Below are positions 36,884-48,073 of a stretch of DNA of 64,000 bases, one piece after another; positions within the stretch are counted from its first letter, which is position 1; each line of letters begins with the position of its first letter. Made by a program: the position numbers and the translations under genes. Under the pieces are notes generated by a model that had not been told where the DNA came from, did not search any database, and saw only the letters and a list, made by a program, of their open reading frames with translations. The DNA lies in NCBI GenBank assembly GCA_905178155.1, contig CAJINV010000002.1, forward strand, positions 8,699,224 to 8,763,223, read 5' to 3'. The DNA comes from Amoebophrya sp. A120. Taxonomy: Eukaryota; Protista; Dinoflagellata.

Positions 36884-38111
36884 GAAACAATCTCAAACTA
36901 TTCATCGGCTGTGCACAATCTGCGAAAAAAAAATAATTAGTAAACAATGCCTAAAGTGCGGCTCAGTATCAGTAGTTGTAGTTCTAGTTCTTCTTCCCAT
37001 AAAACAAATACAACGTCGTAAACAAGTCATAGTTTTTTGTTTATTCAAATTCAATCTGTGTCCTTGGAAACGAAGATACAGTGGCGGCAAGTCTTCAAAG
37101 GGTCAATCATTGCGCGTTGCAATAAACAAAACTTTTTTAGAAGCTATCCATCTCTAGAAATACTTTTTCCCGTAAAATACAAACAAGAGCTCGAAACAAG
37201 GATGACAAAAGATCAAATTTGAATTTATTCACAAGATGGCCGGGTAACAGAGTTACAGGGTGAAGTAGGTTGGGCGGTGGTGGAAAGGCGACAAAATTAC
37301 AAATACATGAAGTGATTTTTTCCCATAATCATCGAAACACACTGACGGTGCAAAGCAAACTTCCTTGTCGGGACAATCAGCACCAGCAGGAGCAAATACG
37401 ATTCGCATAAGCAACGATAGTTGTCACGAACCACATCGAACTTTGCTATCGCAATTTTGACATACGAGCTACATCTTTAGATTTGTATAGCAGTCCAAGT
37501 GTAAAATCGTTTCATAATCGTAAACTTCTTCGACTCATGGCTTTGGGACTACGCCATCGATGCTCTTGCTTTGTTGAGTCCGATGCATGTTCCCACAACC
37601 ACCTACGCCTTGCATGGGAAAACGGGTACGAGTAGTCGTCTAGCAATTCTTTCACGAGAAATCGCTTCTTTGAAGTTCTTTAGAATTTGCTGGGTGGAAA
37701 CAAGCGCACTCCTCTCTTTGTGTGCAAAGTAAAGCTTGTGGCTCCTTCTTCCCTGCAGCAAGCGGCTGCTCAGGGCCGGGGCCGCATTCATCTTTTACTA
37801 TTTCACTATTACTATATTCCTAGCATTACAACAGCTGGTAGCATTCCTATCGTCTGCCTAATGCGCATTCGGTCCTGAGCTTCTACAAAACAACATACCT
37901 GCAGCTACTTTTACATAAGTTGCAAATAGGGAACTTTGTCGTTAAATTTGTTTTTCTTGTCACCAACAGCGAGCACCATGGGAGTAACTACACCGTTACA
38001 GTCACAGACTTCAATATCATGCCAGTACAACTGACCAAGATCAAAAGTACTATCTTGTAAAGTTCTAGCTCTGCACGTCCTCGACAAGAACGTGCTTTGT
38101 TCCCTTCTGTT

Positions 38112-41100
38112 TCAGTTGTACTGCTGATACGGGTTGTAGACCCCGCCGACACCGCCGCCCGCAGCAGCAGTCGACGGAGTGTTCCCGTTGCCCCACGCGT
38201 TGGCATTTCCCTGTTGGTGTTGCCCGCGCCAGTTGTTGCCCCCACCCACATATCAACTGTAAAAATGTCTGGGTCGGGAAGAATCCAACTTGTGTGTCAT
38301 GCTGATTTTGGATTCTAAAAAAATCTGTATTGCATGAGCAGCAAAGAGAGTCCAAAATTTGCTACACGGAAAGAGCATTTGTCATGCGGTATAGGCATCA
38401 GGAAGCCCTCACAAAATCTGTGATGCTAGGGCATGCATCACAGACATCAGGAGTCATGCAAAATGTGCATTACAAATCTCGCAATCTCCCAGACCCAGAC
38501 ATTTTTACATTTGATACCACATGCATGGGCTTCGTGCCGTACTTGGCCGCATAGACGGAAGAGTCGTAATCACTGAAGCCCGGCGCCGCGCCCGGAGCAC
38601 GGGAGAAATTGTTATTGGAGGAAGTAGTGTTCGGCGCTCCTGCAGACGGGTTGATATTATCCCCACCGTGGTTGTACAAAGAAGTCGTAATGTTCATGTT
38701 GCTCACCTGCTGCAGATTGTTTCCAGGAGTCGTGCCTGTGGAAGTACCGCGCCAGTTAGAGCCACTGTTGTTCTGCTGCTGACTCGTCAGAGCGGCCGAG
38801 TTCGCGGCGGCCCCGGCCGCGTTCAGTGCTGCAGCAGTAGTACCGGTTTGATTGCTCATGGTACTCGTGTTGTTGTTCATCGTCCCATCATTCTTGTTCA
38901 TCATCCCGCCCGAATTATTGTTTTTGTAGTGGTTGTGGTTTTTCATGTTCATCATCGACGAGGTATTGTAATAATTGTAGTTGGACTGAGAACTACCGTG
39001 CTTGTTGTTCCCATAGTTGAAGTTGTTGTAGGTGTTGTTCATTCCACCCTGATTCGCTCCCATCGTGGTCGTTCCGTATGCGCCGTATTGATGTTGGCCC
39101 ATCTTATTCATCCCGTACGAGGACCCGTGATGACCCCCGGCGGCACCGTACGCGGCCCCATGGTGACCACCACCAAGGCCCGCGGCCAAACCGCCCATTC
39201 CGTAGCCGCTCGCGTTCGACATGCCGTGGGTGTAAGCGCCGTGCCCGCCGTACCCAGCGTTAGCCCCGTTGTAGTCCTGGTTGCGCCGCTCGCACTTCCA
39301 GCACGGATCCTTATCGTAGCCCGTGGCGTGCAAATCCAGCTTCACCTGCTTGTCCTCCTGAACGAGAGACAAATTCTTCTCGGTCTTAAGTATGAAAGGA
39401 GAGAAGTGGAAGTACTTAATGTGTCTAGTCACTTTTATGTCTGCTTCAAAATGTTGCTGCTCTTCTTGCTGCATCTACTTCTACCGTGCTAAAAACCGCG
39501 ATCCTGCATCATGCTTGCTACATGTGAAGCATCAACATCAGCACACTGTAATAAGTAGATCAAATTCAAAAAAAAACGACTTTGTCTCATTGCTGCACAC
39601 GACCAGCAAGACAGACAGCACGAGGACAAACTCTCGATATTCTATTCTCCCTTCCTTTTCATACTCAATCCGCTCGTCGGGTGCAGGCCATTGGGCGACA
39701 ACTGCCAGCAATCCTGGACTACTTTGCCTGATAAAGTATTTGAGAGTTTCACACCTTTTTTCAAAGTGAGTGTATCCGTATGATCATACATGTAATGCGA
39801 AATAAACAGGAGAACATACTCACGCGGCTCTGTGATCATGCTGTTGCTGTAGCTGTAGTAACACTAACAGTATGGTCCACCCTGATAATAAAAAATCAAC
39901 TATGGTCATCTTTCTCAGTACTGAAGTTTTCCACGTCGTGCATGCCGAAGTACTGCGGGAACCCGTGCTTGGCGTGCAGCCCGTTCAATTCCAACAGCTT
40001 CAAGTGCCCCAGGCACCCGCGCAGGCCCTCGCACTCCAGGTTGTGCAGCTCGTTGAAGATCCTGGTCACGTTGCACCACTGGTGGAAAAGCTCCGGGATG
40101 GTTTTCTCGATGTCGGTGACGGGGCCGAAAGCGGATCCGGTGGCTATGGCATTCTCAAACGTTACATTCTCAACTGTTACCTGATTTGTGATGCAAAGTT
40201 ACCGTAAGCCACCACAGGATCAAGCTGCTTCGCATGACAAATTCCCGAAGCAGGGCTATACAGCATCTAAATCTGTGCGGAATTCGTAATGCTATAGGTG
40301 CAACCCTCTCCCTTTGGCTTTTGCTATTTTTGCATCGCAAATTCATGGAACAGTTGAGAGTGTAACAATTGAGAACGACATAGTGGTCGTTCCGATGTTC
40401 GAGTTAACGGACGACGCTTGGTCCCCGTTATTGGACCCCTCGTCCGACCCAGCGCTGCTGTTGGACCCCTGGTCCGACGTGGCGATCGCGCGGTTGATCA
40501 GGTTGGGCAGCAGGGTGCGCAGGTCGTAGTTGCCGGACGTGCACACCAGCAGCGGGTGCTCCACCTCGTCGCCGGCCTCTTCTTCCACCATCGCGGCGGT
40601 CTCCGATTTCAGCAAAAGCTCCTTATCGTCATCCTGACCCTTGTCCGAGCGCGGCGGGGTGGAACCAGTATCGAGGAGGACCTCAAGTTTGATGATGTTG
40701 GTTTATTGTTCCAGGCGAAATAAATCCAATTCACCTTTCATCCTGATGTTCATGTTGCACTACAGATTACATTTCTGCTCTCTCTGCAGTAAATCTTCCA
40801 TCACAAAGCCACATCCAGATGTGATGACATGATTGTTTTTCTCGTTCCAATCTGAATTAATACCTTGTCCTCGCCGGTGACCACGGGAATCTTCTGGGCC
40901 TTGCCATACAGACGAAAGCCAAAGCCTTTCAACCACGCGTCAAGCTCCACCAACATCTTCATCAGGGGAACCGTATGCATTTTTGCAAAACCCGTATCGC
41001 ACTAGTGTGAAGTGCATGCCAAATCTTTCCACAAGCAAAAATGGTTCAGCTCATCATGATGGAGATTCAGGCACTATCTAAGTAAGCGCATCTGTCATGC

Positions 41101-44100
41101 TGCAAGACAAGTACAACTGCACAAAACTGTAAGTACTCAGAGTCATGCTATGATGATGTTTTTGCACAGGATAAACCGCCTGCGGCACCGAAGCGCGATT
41201 TTTGGAACGGGGATTCAAGATCCAACGGTGGAAACGACCCAGTTCCTTGCCGCATCGATTAATCAGGATACCTTTAATGATAATTCGGTATGGTGGAAAC
41301 AAATGAATGCGAAGGTGGTACTAGCTTCCAGGTATTTTTCTTCTCGTGCTTTTTCCAGTGAAGCGGAACTTACAACAAGCAGAGAAAAAAGACTATACAG
41401 GGAAATTCCGTAATTCCATGCTTCGGAGAACCGTGCAAATCCAGAATCATCAACGCGTACTTGGAAGGCTTCCCGACCCGAGACATGAACTGCGTCTTCT
41501 GGCTCGCGAACCTGATTTCCATTTATCGAGTATCAAAATCAATGCAGCAATACAGGCTAATCCTAACCAATAAAGAATAAACAAGTTGTAAGTAAGCTAC
41601 GTATAAAGTGACGGAAGGCACAACATATCATGCCAGTCCTCCTCGAGAGCATGCAATCTTGCAAACTCCTAAAGCCCCCTAAGCAACATGGCAACATCCA
41701 ATAAATCATCTTCTTGCAACAGAAGATTATCATACCGCACGCCCAACTGGTCTTGCACCTGGCGTTTCAAATTCATGTCGTCCGGTTTCAGCCACTGGGC
41801 CCGCACCCACTCCGCGTGCTCCACGTCGTGACTCAGAGTGCACCACCGGTACGCACAGCAGCCGGAGTTAAAGTAGGGACAGGGGGTCATCTTCGCGGGC
41901 CCGTTCGATTCCTTGAACTCCTTGTCCTTGGAAATCATATGGATTGTAAAAATGTCTGGGTCTGGAAACTTGTGATGCTGGGTGGCGTATCACGAGGAGG
42001 CCACAAGTGCTGGCTCAGCATGACAAGCTTCTGAGCTTCTAGGTGTTGCCTACTCTGCATGACAAACAGCGTTTCTGCATGACAGAAAATTGGGGCTCTT
42101 GGGTAATGTGCATGACAAATTTACGAGTCATGTGAGACAAGCATGACAAACTTGCATTCTTCCAGACCCAGACATTTTTACAGTTGATAAATCAGGACCT
42201 TGTACGAGGTGTGAAACGGGTGTTGCTGGTGGTGGTTGCCGTGGTGCATGCCACCCGCGGCGCCACCCCTATCCTGTGCAAAAGTATCGTAGTCGTACTA
42301 ATTGCAAACATGCATGACAAATCTCCTTCCTAAAGTAAAACAGCATTACAAATTCCACTTTTCTTCTTGCCAAAATTTGTGATGCAATTTATACTAGTCC
42401 GATATTTTTGCAATGCATAACCCCCAGCGGAAAACAACGAGTATTTCGACGCCACGTCTCCCGCCCCGGCAGCCCCCGCGAGCGCGTGGTGCAGCAACTG
42501 CTGCTGCGCCGCGTGCAGCTGCAGGTGCTTCAGCTGCGCGGCGGCCAGGTGCTGCTGGTTCAGCTGCTGCGCAAAGTTGTTCATGGTAGTTTGGTGGTGC
42601 GCCGCCTGCTGTAATTGTTGTCCCCCGGTGGCCGTACCCGTGAGGTTACTGGCCGGACCACCTCCGGTCGTGGTCGTAGCAGCCGGACCATTTGTCGCAC
42701 CACGGGCGTGATTTCCACCGGAATTCGCGACGGCAGACGCGGGGCACCGCTTCATCTTCAGCGGGGAGATCGTCAGATACTCGTCGTCATCTTCAGGCTT
42801 GATGGTGCTTCCAGTGGAAGTCACGTTGTTCAACAGCTCATCGTTGGAAGAGATTTTGTCGAAGATGCTCTGCGCGGAAGTCTTGTCTTCCACCAGCACG
42901 CCGCAATCCACCACGACATTCGGCGCACCGCTTTGCGGCTATGCGTTGCAAAATAATCGAGTTCTAGAATACTTTGAAACTACTGCAAGCCTAGAATACA
43001 AATGTTTTCTGCTCATATCAAAAAGTGCAATGTGACATGCTAGATCAGCTAGAGCATTTAGATTCGTAAACATGCACGATGATAATTGCAAGAAGACTCA
43101 GTACAATTACGTCGATACTTTTGCGCATGATAGCATCTGCGAGGAGGAAATTTCCGGCGAGTAGCTGACCGTCGGCGAGTCCGCAGTATCAAATGCAAAT
43201 ATGTCTTAGTCTGGAATAAAGCTCTAATGGTAGCCTGCGACTGATGCGCGCACTGCAGTACGCAGCCAAGCATGCCAAGTTTTCTTTGCGCTGGTATGCG
43301 TTGCGTATTTTGCATGGCAGACTTCATGTTTGATCCATGACAGTTATTGATCCAAGTAGATCATGACCAGCATGACAGATCTTGCGATCTTCCCGACTTG
43401 GACCTATTTGCACCGGTGGATACGCACCCTCGATCTGCAACTGGTCTTCCTGGTAGGAGCTAGTGGTCACGGAATTCGAAGCATTGGTTTTCGCGGAGGT
43501 CGACGCCTTGGAGTAGTTTTTGGTCGGAACTGTAGCACCTCCCGCGGTACCAGCATTGCCAGTGGCCGCGCCGTGTTGGGGCAACAGTGGCACCGGCGGC
43601 TCGTATCCGCTGCTGATCAGGGGGTTCGCCGGCGTCGCCGGCGGGTACACGGTGGAATCGTAGCCCGTCACGGAGTGTTGGTCGTAGGGAGAACCACTCG
43701 CACAACTGCCCGGGTAGGCTTGCTGCAAAAATTGCTGCAGTTGCTGGGGGTCCTGCTGCAGTAAGTGCTCCATGCCGCCGGTGGACGCCGTACGGGTCGG
43801 GTCCGAGGGGTCCACAACTCCCTGCATCATGTTCGCCAGAAAATTGTCCTGAGCAAGGTTGCCTTGTGGTCCACCCGACAAACCCGCCGCGTTCGGAAAT
43901 CCAGCGGCCATCATGCTGCTCTGCGCGGCCGCGGCGGCAGCCGCAGCGTCCAGCGAAGCGTTGCCCGTCGACGCACCAAAACCGGTTGCAGCCGCCGCGG
44001 CCCCGGCTCCCGCCGCCGCACCGCCGGCCAGCAGGGCCGGGTTCATCATCCGCAACTGGTTCAACCGCATCAACTGCAGCTGCAAATACGGCGGTAACTG

Positions 44101-44556
44101 CTGCTGCGCGCCGTCGGCAGCCGAAGAACGGGCCTGCAACAATTGCATCATGGTCAGGTACTGCTGTTGTGCCTGCAGGTTCATCAAATACGCGTGCTGC
44201 TGCAGCTGCACCGCGGACAGCTGCTGCTGCGAGGTCGGGTCCTGAAACTGCTGCAGCTGCTGCAATAACTGGGCCGGATCGGCCTGCCCAGGGTTCGACA
44301 CACCGGTAGAAGCCGGAAGGACACCCGCTCCGCCAGCTTGCAAGGTGTACAGCGCGGACGGGTCAGTTGTTCCGGCCGTCGCCGCGGCCATCAATTCGTC
44401 CAGCTGCGTCGCGGTCATTGCGCCCGCGGCCGCAAGGTGCTGCTGAGCACCCGCGGCGGTCGTGGTCTCCTGCTGCACGGCGGTCGCGCACTGCGAGTTG
44501 GTAATGTCCAAGCCTGGAGGGGCTGAGATTTTCTTGCTCATCCTCGTTGCAGTCAT
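38112..44556 (-). CDS. CCCH zinc finger + ERI1/ERI3-like DEDDh exonuclease-fold protein with Q/A-rich N-terminus and N/G/Y/Q-rich C-terminus
   Basis: Reconstructed across 7 introners and GT-AG introns (41512-41735, 41272-41398, 40682-40863, further ones at ~39360-39920). Reads CPYFNSGCCAYRWCTLSH; YALMILDLHG..GITEFPCILINRCGKELGRFHRWI; LVCTSGNYDLRTLLP; LFHQWCNV; QYFGMHDVENF. Junctions at 39360-39665 uncertain. Confidence 0.8.
38251..38516. mobile_element. TIR introner, family A (266 bp, TSD CCACA)
   Basis: TATCAACTGTAAAAATGTCTGGGTCGGGA / rc TATCAAATGTAAAAATGTCTGGGTCTGGGA; CCACA at 38246-38250 and 38517-38521; join PMHV-GGGNNW. Confidence 0.93.
40145..40382. mobile_element. TIR introner, family C (238 bp, TSD GTGGC/GTGGT)
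   Basis: TATGGCATTCTCAAACGTTACATTCTCAACTGTT / rc TATGTCGTTCTCAATTGTTACACTCTCAACTGTT; join IGTT-TGSAFGP. Confidence 0.9.
40974..41173. mobile_element. TIR introner, family B (200 bp, TSD AACCG)
   Basis: TATGCATTTTTGCAAAA / rc TATCCTGTGCAAAAA; AACCG at 40969-40973 and 41174-41178; join PQAV-PLMKML. Confidence 0.85.
41938..42189. mobile_element. TIR introner, family A (252 bp, TSD AATCA)
   Basis: TATGGATTGTAAAAATGTCTGGGTCTGGAA / rc TATCAACTGTAAAAATGTCTGGGTCTGGAA; AATCA at 41933-41937 and 42190-42194; join KVLI-SKDKE. Confidence 0.93.
42270..42419. mobile_element. TIR introner, family B (150 bp, TSD ACCCC)
   Basis: TATCCTGTGCAAAAGTATCG / rc TATGCATTGCAAAAATATCG; ACCCC at 42265-42269 and 42420-42424; join FSAGG-GAAGGM. 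Confidence 0.9.
42940..43132. mobile_element. TIR introner, family B (193 bp, degenerate TSD GCGGC/GCATC)
   Basis: TATGCGTTGCAAAATAATCG / rc TATCATGCGCAAAAGTATCG; removing 198 nt restores frame. Confidence 0.8.
43187..43422. mobile_element. TIR introner, family A, diverged (236 bp, TSD CGCAG/CGCAC)
   Basis: TATCAAATGCAAATATGTCTTAGTCTGGAA / rc TATCCACCGGTGCAAATAGGTCCAAGTCGGGAA; join IEGA-DSPTVS. Confidence 0.82.
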
Positions 44557-45344
44557 CCTACTTCTAGGTTTCCATCAAAGAGACTGCTCCACTTGCAAAA
44601 CACAAACAAGTTTTACTTGCGTTGGAATTTAGAAGTGCTCGTCGTGTTTCATCAACGAAAATCTACCGAATTTCGCCACTAATTGTCAATCAGATTTGCA
44701 ATTGATGGCTTTCATCAAATTGCAGAGGAGTATCACGTGTCTACTTACCATGTCGGGAGCATCATTGCAGCTTATTTTGGCGCAAAACTATTTTTCAAAA
44801 AGTGCACTCCTTTGGCCGTTTGCGTTTGAATCACTCTCATCAAAAGAATTGTCGCGACTTTAAAACCTTGCCCTTTTAGGCGTTGAGATGCCTCAACTTC
44901 TCTCGATCTCGAAAAAGCTCAATTACAACGGATGTCCACAAGAATGAACCCTCTGCAGAGGCGCTCACGCTTTGGCAGAAGTGTCGTCTCTCGTATCAAT
45001 AAACTCAACGAAACTAGAAGACAATCTCAACAAACGAGCCCGCATCAACCAGAGCATTCCACTGGCAGCACGGGAACTGCAAGACTTCCTCGCTGTCTTA
45101 ACTGCAAAACTTTTGGCTCTTTTCTTGATCGTCGATGCTCGACCTTTACAGTCAGAAGGAGCTTCGACGCGCCGGTGTGTGGTTCTTTAGTCGCCGCGCT
45201 CTGCAGCTGTTCTTCGACATCGAGTCACAGTCTGTCAGCACGTACTGATTCTGGTATTCTCAGAAAAAAAAAAACTCTAGTGGCGGACAGTTCAGTTTTC
45301 ACTTTCAGTTCGTACACATCAAGCACTTTTTCAATCGAACCTGG

Positions 45345-48073
45345 TCAAAACAGTCGCCACACCGAGTCTCTCGACTGTCGTCGCTTGAATTTGTAGTAGA
45401 GCTCGCAGGGGCGACGTAGAACTAAGACCACTGCAAGCCAAATCAACACCAAAACCCACCGGGGCCAATGGAGCTCGACATCCGGTTGTGGCTTGGGATT
45501 CGCGTAGAAAGCTAGGCTGTCGGATATTGTCTCTTGCTGAAGGAGGGCCTGCTCATTGGTGGAAACGCTTTCGTCGTGTCCGATTAGCATGCTAGAACTT
45601 CTGCTTGCGTTGATGTTGATATTTCCTGCTAATACTTCCAGTAAGTACTTCTGATGCCGCTTTTTGTAGACGTACACCTTCGCACCCGTCGCTAAAACTC
45701 CGAGTAACATGTAGTGGAACACGTAGAAGAACAGGGGCACGGACCCGAAACAGAAGAGAAAGGTGGTCAACTCCGCCTTGCACTGCTTGAAGATTTGCCT
45801 CTCCTCGAGGCAAAACCGCCCAAAATTTCCCAGGATGTGAGTGATGAGGTGCAGCACGTTCGTGAAGGACTTCAGCAAGCATTTGGGGAAAAAGCACCAG
45901 CGGCTGCCGATGGACACGTGATCGAGTTCTTCTTGCCCTGTTGACGTGGCTCCTCCTGCCGTGTAGAAATTATCGTTGTATATCTCGTCGTTCTGGTAGT
46001 AGTTGTTCGCATCCAGATGGTCCCCCGTCCTGACATGCAAGTCGTCCGTCACCGCGACAACTTCAACACTTTGCAGATTGGTATTGTTTCTTTGTGCGTC
46101 CACCACACCAGAAGGCTGCCGAGCTTCCGCCTGTCCGGTCATGACGAGGTGCTCCCTGGCGTCGAGAAACGGCATTCGATTGGCTGATGACGCGGTTGAG
46201 GAGACGACCGAGTCCAGTGTCAGTTGCTGCGATTCGTTCCCGGAAGATGTTGAACTGGAAGAGTTGCTAGAAGAGGTCGTTGTATCGAGCACATTCTGTG
46301 GCTGTTTTCTCCTCTTTTCCACTTGGTGCTTCCCGCTGTCGTAGCAAAACAGCCACCACAAAACGAAATTCACCCCTGCAGTGAACAACAAATACGCCAG
46401 ATCCGGCGGGTATTTGCAGAACGTGAACATGCCGCGGAAGGGACTGTCGTACTCCCCGCGCGGGTAGCCGCGAAAGTTGAAGTACTTCTCCAAATCCCAC
46501 AACTCCGCTTTCTCACTCCCGAAAATTTGTTTCACAATCGCGTTGATCCGGAATCTGACGAAGAAAAAAACGGTCAGCAGCTGTAGTCCGATGATCGCGA
46601 GCAGGGATTCCAGGTAGAAAAACCGCCCGCTGCCGCTCGCGTTCGTATTTCGGCTGCTCCGCCCGTTCCGGAGGATGCGCAGCGAGGTTTGGCTGGAGCT
46701 GCTGGTGCCGACGTAGGTGTCGTTGCTGGCCGTGTCAAAGTAGATGCCCAGGAACTTCTTCTGTTGAAAAAGCACGCCGATACACATCCCGAGAAACACC
46801 AACGAAACCCAGGGGAACAGCGGGTACGCGACGACGCCGAAGCTCGTGCGCCCGGGGAGTACCAGAAACCGCAACAAAATCTCCTGAAACGTCTCCGCCG
46901 GGTAGAACGCCTTGGGCCACGCCGAGTCTCCGTCGCTCGGGTTGCCGTTTTGCGCCTCCACGATGAGGTAAGAGGAGGTGGCGAGCACGGAGACCGCGAG
47001 GAGAACCATCAGCAAAACGCCCGCTTTTGTCCCGTTCTTGTTCGTCCCCGTCGCGACCAGGGGCGCGAACAAGCCGGCGAGCATCATGGACAAGCCCAGG
47101 CCGACCAGCACCTGCCAAATGCCGATGAGCGGGAACCACTTCAGCTATCAAATGTAAAAGTGTCTGGGTCTGGAAGAGTCATGCTGTTTTTGCATGACAA
47201 AGAAGGTCTGGCATGGAAGCTCTAGCATAACAGGTTTCGAGAGGCTTCCGCAATGCCGAACCCGCATGCCAAATCCCCCATTTTGGTGACACAAAGTGGG
47301 CAGCTTTTGCTACCTTTGCATGAGAGATTTTTCTGTGTTCTAAAATGCGCATCACAAGTTGTTCGGATCCTTCGCGACCCAGACATTTTTGCAGTCCATA
47401 TCAGCAGGACCGGGTCAATGTTCGGGCCGAAAGGCGAGGGGATGTCGCGCACACCGAGTACGTAGTAGAAAACCCACATGTATCCCGCCTCGCAGATGTT
47501 GATCAACCGGCCGCACAGGATGAGAATCAGGCCGCGAATCAAAAAGTATTTCCGCACATACCCCTCCATGGTATTCACGGCAAAGTCCGGCATCGTGCCC
47601 CGCTCCAGCGTGCTCTTCGTCCACAGAAACATGCCGATGCCCATGGTCAAGAAAAACCCCGGGGCGCAGACGTGAGAGACAAACCGGCAGAAAAACTCGA
47701 CGCGGCTGTGGTCGTAGGTTTTGAACTTCCCGCTCCACATCTCGCCACCGGCGTCCTCCGTGTGCTTCGTGAGCAAAAATTCCTGCGTGTGGTCCCAGGC
47801 CATCAATAACATGATCAAGCCGCGAAACACGTCCATGGACCAAATGCGAGCCGTTGAGGAACGCTCGGCGGTGGTGGAGGTGCGGGTGAGAAAAAATGGA
47901 GGCGCTTGTGGCTGTTGCGTCGGTGCACCAGGCAGCAGGGACGAGGGTGCTGGTGGGGTAGCTTGTTCCGTATCGGTCGGAAGAGCTTGTTGTGTAGGAG
48001 TGATGCGCGTGCTTCCGGCATCGATAGGGGTACTAGCGGCCCTACCATCTCCACTGCGGTTCTGCGAGTTCAT
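45345..48073 (-). CDS. DUF1624/HGSNAT-catalytic-like multi-pass membrane acyltransferase (~822 aa), 2 exons
   Basis: RIWSMDVFRGLIMLLMAWDH, RFVSHVCAPGFFLTMGIG, YPLFPW, KYPPDLAY, FGSVPLFFYVFH; exons joined by excising 47146-47400 (DPVLL-KWFPLIGIWQVL). Confidence 0.85.
47146..47400. mobile_element. TIR introner, family A (255 bp, TSD TCAGC)
   Basis: TATCAAATGTAAAAGTGTCTGGGTCTGGAAG / rc TATGGACTGCAAAAATGTCTGGGTCGCGAAG; TCAGC at 47141-47145 and 47401-47405. Confidence 0.93.

Noticed and set aside
38521-39492. 323-aa plus-strand ORF and other plus-strand ORFs over 150 aa
   Set aside because: Antisense shadows of GC3-rich minus-strand exons.
41255-41734. Apparent introner flanked by CCGCA repeats
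   Set aside because: No real TIR, excision leads to a premature stop, and two GT-AG introns with an internal exon carrying the exonuclease ExoI motif explain the region.
26462-47400. Recurrent AAAATGTCTGGGTCTGGAA as a CRISPR-like repeat or a repeated 'KMSGSGR' peptide
   Set aside because: Copies are dispersed inverted pairs (TIRs) rather than spaced direct repeats; the peptide is read-through into the element.
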